In this document: one piece after another, positions 27,801-39,349 of the stretch
Layout of the letters: every line of letters begins with the position of its first letter
Position numbering within the stretch: the stretch's first letter is position 1
Source: Botryllus schlosseri
Lineage: Eukaryota
Assembly (NCBI GenBank): GCA_051294905.1
Contig: CM119372.1
Location: forward strand, 6,264,001 to 6,324,000
DNA length: 60,000 nt
Direction: 5' to 3'
Program-made: the position numbers and the translations under genes
The notes under the pieces: generated by a model
The model's database searches: none
Seen by the model: the letters and a program-made list of their open reading frames with translations, nothing else
What the model was told of the DNA's origin: nothing

Positions 27801-28349
27801 GTGAGGTCGGCGATGCGGAGCCCATATAATCCCCGCTGCATACTGCAGTTAGTCCGAGCCGGGATTCGAAACACTGCCACCGATGTCGTGACGCTGGTGC
27901 TTAACCAACTGCGCCACTCGCTTCCCAAGTCTTTTCGCATGTTCAAATCAACAAAAGAATTTCAATCCAGTGGTGCTGTGCCGATCGTATGGGGATCAAG
28001 CAAAGAAGACATCGCACGACTCGCCCCTAAACACTCCTTCATACACTTGGAAGATTTCCAAACGTCGGCGGACCTCGTGGAATACTTGAAATACCTGGAC
28101 TTGAACGATACCGCGTATCGGGAGTTTTTTGCTTGGAGGGAGAGCGAGTTGTCGTCGGAACATACAGCCGCGGGTGACGACTGGATATTTTCCACTGGCG
28201 AGGCGCTGGGATTTTGTAAACTTTGCCGCATGCTTCACGCGGACCGCAATCGAAGCGGTGTTGGGGAGACGTTACGCAGAAAATCAATAAAATCTCTCCG
28301 GCATTGGTGGTACGGCTCTGAAAAAGATACTTGTTTATCGTCAACTTGA
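21846..28349 (+). CDS. Alpha-1,3-fucosyltransferase (GT10 family), type II membrane protein
   Basis: Exons 21846-21853 (ATG TCT CT), 21916-22113 (TM LWAPFGCLAVCNIAVLSLLYYYM), optional 22626-22652, 23877-24056 (KVILLW..CIITRNRS..SDAVVF), 24943-25059 (QVFVWMCRESP..FNWTMTYR), 25121-25355 (DSDV..VAWVVGNC), 26944-27119 (YKFYLAFEN..YVTYKFWKNA), 27971-28349 (GAVPIVWG..SFIHLEDF..YREFFAWR). The hallmark GT10 motifs occur in the expected order. Confidence 0.92.
25650..26545 (+). mobile_element. Internally deleted hAT element with transposase dimerisation-domain remnant, in a FucT intron
   Basis: ORF end CQPTTAAVERSFSILGKLLSKDRHFL matches the hAT C-terminal motif; GTCAAAA subterminal repeats on both sides; boundaries approximate. 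Confidence 0.7.
27633..27926 (-). mobile_element. tRNA-derived SINE (family B)
   Basis: Minus-strand head GGGAAGCGAGTGGCGCAGTTGGTTAAGC..GTTTCGAATCCC (A and B boxes); body unrelated to family A; (AAT)n tail. Confidence 0.7.
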
Positions 28350-29314
28350 GTCAACTGCGGAAGAGGTGTGCGAAATTATTGCTTATCAACCGGTACGGAA
28401 AGGTATACGAGGTTGCATCAAATACTTGTTACACTCAACCAATGGTTCTAAGGAGCCATTGGAAGAACACGAACGAGTTTTACAGACACCGTTGAGCGCC
28501 CAAGCCTTTTATTTCATTTCTCAACTACATTCGTCACACGCGGGTTCCATCAGCAGAATGAATTTCCTCTGCACTACATGTTGATGTTGGCCGTCGCATC
28601 TTCATACTGCACCGTTGGTTCGTAAAGTCGGTAGCAGATATCGTGTTGCGGACTGCGCTGCCATTGTCTGATTGTCAAGCCAGCAATGTGTGAATTCGTA
28701 CTTCACCTTGCATTTGTTTCTCTGCCTTGTCATTGTACGCAACGAAGTCGAATTTCACATTCGTCGTTGGTTTTGAGAGGGTTTCGGTGCTCTGCTATTA
28801 TTTATGATTGGTTATTCGTAATCAGTGTGACAATATCATTCGATTAATTTCATACAATTTAATATGAATTCTGAGCTGTTTATGATAAACTGCGCTATCA
28901 CACACTGGGTTTTGCTCGTTTGCGCCTCACCTCTCCCTTCACCCTATCCCTGTGAACAATTGGGTGTGCAGCTGAAATCTGTCATTCAGGTAGAAAAAAT
29001 AGCGATAGTCATTGAAAGTTTTGAGTAATTTTTTCTTATCCTGAAAACAGGTGAGGCTAAATAAGGCCAAGCCTTTATTTACACGGTATCCGATGACTAC
29101 TGACGGAAGTGTCACTCAATGCCATGCTCAGACTACGTGAAATCCTAGTAGAGGTTGACATCTTTATGTTATGATCGAAGAAATGTATTCACGATCACTT
29201 CCAGAATGAAGAGATTATAATAATCCTACCGTATTTTGGGAATGACAATGGATGTAGTGGTTAGAGAAGATCGGCGTTCGAAATAGGTTTTGCGGAATGT
29301 GCGCCCAAATGGAA

Positions 29315-29590
29315 GTTTGAGAGAAACGAATCAAGGAAGGCACGAGATATTCGCTCCAGTGGCGCAAATATCTGTACAAACGTCAAGATACCGACTGGAA
29401 TGATTTAAAACAATATCTGTACAAACGTCAAGCTATACTCCACGGGCATCAAAATATTAATCAGGAGTTTGAGAGAAATGAATCAAGGAAGGCATAAGAT
29501 CTTCGCTCAAGCTACCAACGGGAATGAGAACAAAATCTTCGCTCCTTTAAGAACAATATCTGTACAGACGTCAGGCTGCCCACGGGCATG
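29315..29590. repeat. Degenerate tandem/direct repeats
   Basis: GTTTGAGAGAAAyGAATCAAGGAAGGCA twice; AATATCTGTACArACGTCA three times. Confidence 0.7.
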
Positions 29591-29675
29591 AAAACGTGAA
29601 TTGCGTGGCACCTCAGCATCGGGTCTGCTTAGTTCGAATCATGATTCATTGAACACCAAAACCGACCCTGTTGAT

Positions 29676-30508
29676 CGGGGGTGTCAAACATACGGCCCGC
29701 CAAACGATTTCATCCGGCCCGCGAAGCAATTTTGAGTAGATTGAAAAATTCTTATATTTTCCCGCACATTTGTACCAAATGTTGAGATTTTTACAGGAAA
29801 TACGTCCATGTTGATAGGCCCCATTATAACCAGCCGACTATATGGCACTGTGGTTTCACTCTAGTTACCACTCGCAGAGATGAGCGGATTTGAAATTGAC
29901 CACCAAGCTCAAGAAGGCTACTAAGATGGACCAAGAGGTTGTTGTTCACAGACGCGAAAACCCAAAGGCGGAACCTTCATATGCAGTCTACATGGAAAAT
30001 ATATGAATTGCACAAATATTTAATTGAAATATCTATGGTCGCACTGCTGTGTCACTTTCGACCCAATAGATCCCCAGACATGAGAGAAACCGGACTCGCG
30101 ATGTAATAATAATAAACCAAATTCCCACGTCCACGCATCCAACTAAATATCTTGTATTCCTCACAAAACATATGCAGGGCTAACGCCAGTTACAACTAAA
30201 TCAAAGGCAGCATAGAATATGTCAACTTATATCGTCGTTACCGCCACTGTTTTAGCGGTTCGTAACTGTATCCAACCGGACAGTCATCGTATGTTTGCCA
30301 ATACCATTGTTCACGAGTAAAGGTGTTGCGATCGACTTGCTACTTTAAAACCCCTATGATCCGTAAATTATTCATACATGCTTTTAAGGTATTCAAGTGA
30401 AAAGCAAGAGCACGAGGTAACATTTTGGAATCAGATGACTGGTCCGGCCCGCGAGCGATTTGAAGGCTTGAATCCGGCCCGCGACGCAATTTGAGTTTGA
30501 CACCCCTG
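29676..30508. mobile_element. hAT MITE (family shared with 46278-48043)
   Basis: CGGGGGTGTCAAAC..GTTTGACACCCCTG; TSD CTGTTGAT/CTGTGGAT. Confidence 0.8.
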
Positions 30509-30739
30509 CTGTGGATAGAAGAACAGCATGGATGGGTCTGACGGAAGTAAACTGCGTTACAATTGACCTTCAAAACAGGGTGCATCTGGCCAGTTTCTGA
30601 ATGTCTTTTCTCTATCCCTTTCCATGCCGATTTTCTCAACAGTAAGATTTCCTATAATTATGAATCTGGATATTCTGATCCGGCTACTATGGTACATCAG
30701 AGCAAACTCCAAATCACGTGGGTGTTGTGGTAAACAGTA

Positions 30740-31663
30740 TAGGGGTGGTGTGAACCTCTGAAAGGTTCAGGTTCGTGTGAACGCGAACCTCTTTGAAAGG
30801 TTCTGTGTAACGCGAACGTGAACCTATGACGTCGCGTGACGTCATATTGCTAATTCCAACCCTACATTTCAGTGAAGTGATGTATTAAATGAACAGCGAA
30901 CGCGCTAGGGACGACTCAGGCCACAATATGCTAGTATGCTGACGTACATATACTGACTAGCAACCATGGGAATACAAGCTTCCGCCTCATCGGTCAAGGT
31001 CACACCGGACAATGTATTGGGCGTCTGACTATTGCTACATTGATATTGAGAAGAGTGTAAAACGGATTTCTATGCTTTCTATACTTTCTATACTCTACTA
31101 TACAAGTTAAACAGTAGCCACCCCTCCAATCGCAGAGATTTGGTTGTTATGATACAATAAACATATCAAATCAAGATGGAGCCCGTATATGCTTGCTAAA
31201 TCTTTTAAATTAGACAACGATGTATTTCTTTAATATCAATTTCATTGATTGGTAGAATAAGCATCAATCACTGACTATATCTTCATGTAGCGTGTTTCGC
31301 TCTTGAAGTTGTGTAATTGCGGGTCAAGCTCACATCAGAGAGTCACTAAAAATTCACAAACGGAATGCAGGACATTTCGAGCAAACTTTTGTTACACAGC
31401 AAGCAAAATTTTTGAGATTGGCAAAGTGCTTACTCGTTTAATTTTGAATTTTTTATGCTGCCAGCGTCATGCATAGAGTGGCCCATAGTGGAAGTGCAAA
31501 GAATTTCAACCGAAGATGTTATAATGACATGAAAAATTGTAATATATGAAAAAGGTTCACAGTGCAGAACCTACCAAGGTTCGTTTGTGAACGTGAATAT
31601 CTAAATTTCTGAGATTCACACACACACAACGCGAACGTGAACCTCCCGTTCAGACCATCCCTA
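30740..31663. mobile_element. hAT-like MITE with GTGAAC subterminal repeats (family shared with 57911-58881)
   Basis: TAGGGGTGGTGTGAAC..GTTCAGACCATCCCTA; inverted homology to 57911-58881 along its length. Confidence 0.8.
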
Positions 31664-33456
31664 GTAACAGTTGTCTGGCACCTCTGCGCAGAGCCGTAAC
31701 GGCCGCATCCCAAATCTACTAATTAGGGGGCTCGAAAGAGAAATTATGGCAAATATATATCGTACATTTTCCATTTCACTTCATCTAATTGTAATTACTA
31801 CCCTTATTGTCTGGATATATGGACCACCGTGCATAGTTAAACTGTGTCTCACACTGACTTGCGGTCAGGGGAGGCAAGTGAGGCACTGCCTCACCTGTCG
31901 CCTGGATGAGTAAAGAAAATTGTGAAAACCTTCAATGATTATTGATATTTATCGTCGATGTCCATGAATAACTAAATTTGAACATTTTCCCATCCAATAT
32001 CACGAATTGTGATATTTATTCTTCAAAAATACAGCACGAAAGGGGAGGTGCATCTGGCCGATTCCGGAAATCCGAATATTAACTATCTGAGAGCACTAGA
32101 ACCCCCTCAAAATCGCCAGAGAATGTGATATTCAACTTTATTACGTACAATGGCAGCGCAGAGAAACAATAGCCAGGTAAAGCAGAATGGAATATGCCTC
32201 ACTATTCCCACGGATATTGTGTCCCACGGTCTGAATGATGTCTTCAACCAAGTTTGATGTTACTAAGACTAGACATATTTCGTTTTGCGGATACAGTGTT
32301 CATTTCAATCTAGTAAAATTAAATTAGACGACCAAAGAGCAATAGGGAGTATAAAACCAGAATTAGGAACTTGATTAAAATATTTTTTTTATGTTTTTCG
32401 TTTAACCCTTTTCGTGTAGCAATCTGTAGTAAAAGAACTAAATGTTTCACTAAAGGAAAAATTAAACATGTATTGTAGAATGTGGAATCGCAAAGGCTAA
32501 CAGGGTGCAGAGAAGATGCTTTCGCCTACACGTTTCTCTTGCTGCTGTTGTTATTCACACATTTGTGTGTCTTTATCAGGTCTTTTACATGTGTGTGTGT
32601 GTGGGGGGGGGGGGGGACAGTGCCTCAACAGCCATGAGCCTCTCCGCACGACACCGGTGTCTCATATACTAAACATATCGAAGATGATACAATAAGAGTA
32701 ATAACTTGATTCAATGATGCAAAACTGCAGTTTGGAACGTGAATTCTACACTACATACAAGTCTCAGTGATGATTCAATAGACCTGATATCTGGATTATG
32801 TTCACATTCACATCAGAACTTCAAGAATATGGGGAAGATCTCAGGAAATGGATTATTTCTAACTCGATATCACAATGTTCTGCCGTGATTTTCTCAAAAT
32901 ATAGCTGTTCGACATCAAATCTGTGAATTGTGGCAGCAGTAGGGAGGGAGTATAGAGGCCGTCGCGTGAAACTCGGTTGAAAAACTCTCACACGCCTCTC
33001 AGTTATTTTTGCAGCGTCTTAGGAGATGACATGAACATAATTACAGCGAGTATGTTCAAATAAGTCTTATTTAGCAAGCCGGAAGGTATGCGTCTGGTCA
33101 CGAGAGCCATGGAGCCGGTTGGAACCAACTGTTTGAAATATTGCGTGAGCTTAGCAGCGATGCTAAGTCGCTCGTTGCGGCCAAGTCATTTATGACTACA
33201 GACGGAAAATCGCAGTAATTAATGTTTACGTATTTATGTATTTCCTATACACAAGCAGCGTCTGTGGCACTATACATCCGGTACATATCATACCTGTGGT
33301 GAATTGCACCTGAATCAAGTAGGTAATTCAATGGAACGTTGCTGAAATCTCATTGAAAAAAACAAGGTTATCTTCAGAGATCTCACACGGCATTACTCTC
33401 ACTATGCTGGAACGGATCAACCGAAATTAGGTCCACACCTGATATATTATTAAGGT

Positions 33457-34460
33457 GGCAAGATAGCGTAGTGGTATGATCCACAGCTGCAAAACCAATA
33501 GGTCACGAGTTCGAGTCCGACCGAGATCGACTCCAGAATCCCTGCTCAAGTGTTGGGGGTTTATCTAGGACAGAGCTGGCCAACCTTTTCAGCCAAAGGG
33601 CCACATTCGATTGACGAACTTTTGCGAGGGCCACTATCCGCGCGAAGCGCGAAAATTTTCTGAAGTTTATAGGTCAATGATATTGTCACTTGACTATATT
33701 GCGGGCCTGCTGTATATCGCTGGGCTAAGTTTGCGAGGACTGAGCTATTCGGCGCATGGACATACATATCGATATCGAAAGCTGCGACCAACATGCGTCA
33801 ATCATTTCGTGCCTAGATTTCATAGTCGACGGTCTTACTGCGAGTGCAAACACAAGGTCGAATATGTTGAACGACACTTTGTCTCATAATCGCTAATATA
33901 GTTAGACTCAATCTGATACATTGGGTGTTCTTCAATTTTCACAAAAGGGCAACAATATTAAGAACAAGAAATCGAGTGACAACATATTGCGCTAGGCTTG
34001 TAGAAAATTTTTGCTTTTGGTAAATCTATCGCAAATTATTCTGCCTTATTGTAGTGTACGAAGATATACCAATATGTGAATGGTTGATGGATCTGTCAAG
34101 GAGTCGAAACTGATATTTTAGTGATCATATCTCAAGTGTTGCGGCCAGACTAATCAAATTTTTGGTTGGCCTTGCAAGTTCACAATCTGTGCAATCTATT
34201 TTTGATGATATTAGAAATTTCAGAAATTACCTCGCGGGCCACTCGAAACCTTCTCGCGGGCCACGGGTTGGCCGGCCCTGATCTAGGATCATCCTCGCCT
34301 GATTGATTGATCTAATCCACGTAAGCGGTGTCTTAAAGAGGCCTAGAAGTGCGGGCCGTGCTGCAAGTCGGCAGCTGCGGAATAAAAATAAAGACGATCG
34401 GCCTGGTGTAAATGACCATTGCAGTCGAAAAGCACCATGAATACCACAAACCAACCAACC
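33457..34460 (+). mobile_element. SINE family A, interrupted by a hAT MITE
   Basis: Head GGCAAGATAGCGTAGTGG..GTTCGAGTCC; resumes at 34281; (AACC)n tail. Confidence 0.82.
33571..34280. mobile_element. hAT MITE (family shared with 46578-47290)
   Basis: CAGAGCTGGCCAACC..GGTTGGCCGGCCCTG; perfect TSD ATCTAGGA. Confidence 0.85.
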
Positions 34461-34599
34461 ATATATATTGCATCGTCTTAGCATTCATGGAAATTGTCTT
34501 GCTGAAGTTGGAATTACGTTGTCGCATAAATGTGAATTCGCCTATAGTTTGTGTATGCCAACATATTTCGTGTTCGAAAAGACATTCCACAATAGATTG

Positions 34600-35000
34600 A
34601 CGGAATTCCTTGAAGAAGAACGAATTCTGTCGAAATATTAATTAGGCTTTCGAGAAGGATTGAATGCTTCCCAGGCAATTCTCGATGTGACGAAGTAATA
34701 CTACAAGGCAATGGAGCGAAACAAAGGGGCATGCAATGCGGCGTCCCTGAGGGGTCTGTTTTTGGTCCGACATTGTTCCTGACAATTGATATATATATCT
34801 CAACGACGTAGCTACATCCACATCGCTGAACAACACCCTATTTGCTGATGGCACACACCTCTTCACCTCACCAGATGAGGTTTATGAGCTCATCGCGAAT
34901 CCTAATAGGGAGATGGATTTTGCATCAAAGTGGATGATTTGTAATAAACTTTGAATGCTTCCAAAATGCAGATTAGATTCATTGGTAAAATACCGTAAGT
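34600..35000 (+). mobile_element. LINE (CR1/L2-like) reverse transcriptase remnant
   Basis: Frameshifted motifs GVP.GSVFGPTLFL, YLND and LFADGT, degenerate versions of GVPQGSxLGP and YADD. Confidence 0.65.
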
Positions 35001-35559
35001 ACTATAGGGAATATCGCACAGCCAGTTAATGGTACGTGATAACACCCTACACTACAGCAATACACTCTTTAACAGTTTACAAGATATCGTGGCGTGTTCA
35101 TTGATGGTTATTTATCCAGAATCGGTTCGGTTTATTAGCATTTTTTATCAGTTCAATACACCACAAAAATTGCGATACAATGAAAAGATAGGAAGGTGTC
35201 GAAACGACTTGGAGTATATAGTCTTTGTAAAGAGGGGGCATACACACTGAATGAAAAGTAAAAGAAGATAATACAGAAAAACAAGCGACAAAAATGAGGT
35301 GGCATGTCACGGAAGGCGAGATCGATAGGTCAGGTCGTGATGGACCATATCCAGAAGTTTTTTTTTAAACTCTTCCATGATGTGGTCATCTTACACTTAC
35401 GACGCCTTAGACATCTAGTGCCAAAACAGTGCTTCGCGAAGTGTGTTTGCAATGGTGCACAGTCACTTGCAATATGGAACTATGATTAGGGTTTCTGTAA
35501 CAAAACTACTTTGCATCCAATACTGGTGATATAAAACAACGCCATCCGTGCCTTTAAGG

Positions 35560-37059
35560 CAGGGGCGGGCAACTTCTCCAGTCGGCGGGCCGGATATAGG
35601 AAAATCAAGTACTTGGCGGGCCGGATTGCTGAATCGATACTTTATTCGCCCATTTATCCACATATACAAGGAATAAATCGTATTTAACGATGGTATTTTA
35701 ACGACAGCAATGTCCCTTCGAAGCCATTTCTCGCCAATAACGACGAGAATATAATGTGGATTTGGGAACTGCATTGTCATACAGACGCCGCCATGTCTGC
35801 TTCTCTTTGATCATAGTGTCCTATATGGTGTGAACACAATCAAATCTGACGGCTCAGTGAAATTTGTCTACGTCACACTTTCCATTTGGTCAAAGGCAAT
35901 TTGACGGTAGTTTTTGACCGACTTGCCGAGCATTAAATTTGATAAAACAGGTATCGATCGAAAGCTACCGCGGCGCTGGCTTTCAAAAAATATAAATTCT
36001 ATTCTGCTCGAGGTTCTGGACCCCCCCCCCAAAAAAAAAAAAAAAAACATCAGCCTGCAATGTTGCATTGTAACGGAGTTTGGTATTGTGACGCAGTCAT
36101 GCCATCTGAGCAGCTCAGGAGCAAGCGTGCACGAGAGTAAGAATGTGAATGCTCAATCGGTTGCGCAACAATGGCTAATACACTTGCGGTTTACTCTGCT
36201 CCTCACCTGCTCCCAGACGGCATCGTTGCGTCACAATACCAAACTCCGTTACAATGCAAGATTCGAAGCTGATTTGGGGGGTTCCATGACCACGAGCAGA
36301 ATACAATTTATATTTTCGCAATCAGTACCGCGGTAGCTTTCGATTGATACCAGTTTTATCAATTTTAATGCTTGGTAAGCCGGTCAAAAATGACCGTCAA
36401 ATTGCCTTTGACCAAAGGGAAAGTGTGACGTAGACCAATTTCACTGAGCAGTGAGATTTGCTTGTGTACACACCGTATAGGACACTATGCTGTGATCAGT
36501 CAACTTACGGTGCAATCTCTAATTAATATTTCAAGGCGTTCGATAAGCCCGGCACCCCAAATTTACCAAGATATCAATTCATTAGGGCTGGGTAGGTGAT
36601 GAGATAGCGTCGTTGTTTATCTGTGTGGCCTTATTTATCTCGATATTAAATTCATGCGGACCGCGGCATCTACGAAATTTGAAAAGTGACCCGCGACCCG
36701 TTTTGAATTGGCGACCCCTGGCATAAGCGTTGTATTACAAAAGCCTACAAGTTGGCGGTTACGGAATAAAAAATTAGAAATATCGGTCTGGTGTAAAGAC
36801 CATTGTAGTCGACAAACACCATGATTACCACAAACGATATTAGGGTTGAGTACATCGTAAATGCCGATAATGCAAGTCTTCTCGCTTCGACGAACTTACG
36901 CGCAAGCTCCACTCGCACGCTGCGCTTACAAATAGCATATATTCACTAAAATTTGACGTCGTAAGCAAGTAGCGGGGTATTTCGGCAGGCTGTAGCCGCG
37001 GGCCGCAATATCATATAAAACGGAAAATTGTCCGCGGGCCGGACAATTGCCCACCCCTG
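35560..37059. mobile_element. hAT MITE with nested insertions
   Basis: CAGGGGCGGGCAA..TTGCCCACCCCTG; perfect TSD CTTTAAGG; comparison with the 8008-8582 copy shows inserts at 35812-36489 and ~36582-36850. Confidence 0.85.
35812..36489. mobile_element. Palindromic P-element-like MITE
   Basis: CATAGTGTCCTATA..TATAGGACACTATG termini; ~300-bp inverted arms; 7-bp TSD-like CTTTGAT/CTGTGAT. Confidence 0.78.
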
Positions 37060-37391
37060 CTTTAAGGCTTCATATCGATGTAATCTTGCGCCACAAGTTG
37101 TCAAAGACATAAACCTGTATGCGGTGGTCAATTTGGCTTAAGGCTTTATAGTGTTTACACCCATATAGCGCAGTCCGCAGCATTGCATATTTCTTCAATT
37201 AATGATATTGCAACCAGTTTGTATACATATAGTGGAATGGTCTAAATGCGGATGTGATCATATTTCGAACTCGAAACGTCTTATCGATCACCCGTTGAGT
37301 GAAGTCCTTTCAGATAACGAATCCTGTGTTTATATTTTTTATATTACTATATATTGTTGCTATGTAATTTGCTCTCTCTTTAACTATATCG

Positions 37392-37549
37392 CCCTCTCTC
37401 GCTCTCCCCATCTCTCTCTCCTCTATCTCTCTCTCCCTCTCTCTCTCTCCCTCTATCTCTCTCTCCTTCTGTATCTCCCTCCCTCCCTCTCACATTTCGA
37501 ATTCGAAACGTCTTATCGATCAGACGATCACCCGTGAAGTGAAGTCCTT

Positions 37550-37585
<36 letters not shown>

Positions 37586-37664
37586 CTTCTGTATCTCCCT
37601 CCCTCCCTCTCACATTTCGAATTCGAAACGTCTTATCGATCAGACGATCACCCGTGAAGTGAAG

Positions 37665-37734
<70 letters not shown>
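37392..37734. repeat. (CT)n microsatellite inside a ~120-bp tandem duplication
   Basis: Unit CACATTTCGAATTCGAAACGTCTTATCGATCAGACGATCACCCGTGAAGTGAAGTCCTTT(CT)n at ~37491 and ~37611; diverged copy at ~37259. Confidence 0.9.
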
Positions 37735-37949
37735 GTTCCAAATAGACGGACGATCTAATAGCATCTGTTTTCGACTTTTACCGAAAAAGTAATTGGCAGT
37801 GGTATAACAGCTGGCTTAATTTTTGATTTGATTGGACCTGTTAGTGTAAATATATATGGACAACTCAACGTCTCCAAAAAAAATTTGCAATGCTTTTTAA
37901 AGTTGCTCTTTATCTGAGCATTATTCGTATTCTCCGTCTTCATTAATTA

Positions 37950-39349
37950 CACTGGTCTACACATAATTTTAGGCAGACAAAGTAAGAGTGGTTTTGGCGG
38001 TTCTGAAGGGCACTGATTCCGAATATGTCGTTCGTTTTTTTTCAAATTGGCTCTTGATTTGGAGATAGCCCATGGGCTATTTTGACTGTAATCTCAAATT
38101 TTCGCTTTATGGGCTGGATAAAACAACGGCTCAGTCAAATTACAAAGTTCAGAAATTCAATCTACTTGTTATTTTTACATACTGTAGACTGTTTTAAATC
38201 AAAATATAGCAAAATCATTATATTTAAGGAATTAAATTTATCATAGTGGGAGACTTTCAAGGATATGATGTACATAACTAAACTTTAATCATATGTATAA
38301 GTATCTATACCTGAATAGTAAACCAACGTTGCAATAATTCAATCAGTCTTATGTCAACCACCTATTGTTAATTCAAAATAATCACTTGAAATATAATATT
38401 ATTAATTTATCTTGAATGAAAACCGTTTCTTGTACGATTTTCTCTTGTTAGCAATTTAGTGCAGTCTCTCGAAAGGTTCCGGCGATAGTCTGCCATAATA
38501 TGTTCATCTCATCTACACTGATATCTTTCTTTTGTTGTTTTGATGTCTTGTTGGAACCTTTCCCCTTGCTCTTCACTCTAATCACCAAGGTGATCATAAA
38601 ATATTTGAAAATGACTGAACATGAAGTCAACTTAATGCTCTGCTCATATTTGCTCCAAGATTTCCCATGCAGATATCAATTTTCGGACTAACTGTTTGTT
38701 GCTGGGGTGCTTTGTGATCTTCCAAAAAGATTTATTTGCTACATCCCAGAAGGTATTCCACGCAGTGAGTTTCTTTGTTAATATGAAATTGGAATATTTC
38801 CTCCGTATTCGAATCTGAGGTCTGCCGAATATACTAGCTTTAAGCTTCTTGTTTGATAGGGATACTAGGTATATATCCACTTTGTTGGCTCAGCAAAAAA
38901 AATGCTCATATACAAGCCAAAAGAAATGAAACGCATACGCATCTTGCTTGGATGTCCAATTGGTGCTGAAGAAAATATATTTCCAGCGTCAAAAAGTACA
39001 ATTTTGAGGCTTGACAAACTTCTTTTTTGACTAATAAACATCTCGCATCAAGTCATGTTCATATTTATCGAATAACGGACGACGGCATTAGGGTTCTTCA
39101 TCGTCAAATATATCTATTTATGCGCAGTATAAAAGTAAAAAAAGCTACGATTCATTTCCTACCAACTGAAATATTTAGGGGATACATAGAGTAATTTGGG
39201 CTGTTTTAGTGGTATACACTATACAAATCTTTTTTTTTTCGAAAATTTCGAAAAAACAATGTGATATTCGTAATCAGCAACCTTGTAAACCCCAGAAACG
39301 ACTCATAAATGTTCTGACAATATTTTTTTCTTCATTTTGTTGACCAGTG
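37950..39349 (-). mobile_element. Deleted Chapaev3-like (CMC) DNA transposon with transposase pseudogene fragment
   Basis: CACTGGTC..GACCAGTG termini with TTA/TTC flanks; minus-strand decayed motifs KLKASIF..PQIR, D*SEEQGERFQQDIKTTKERYQ and IMADY. Confidence 0.6.

Noticed and set aside
37202..37745. LS/RE-repeat ORFs
   Set aside because: Translations of the (CT)n microsatellite.
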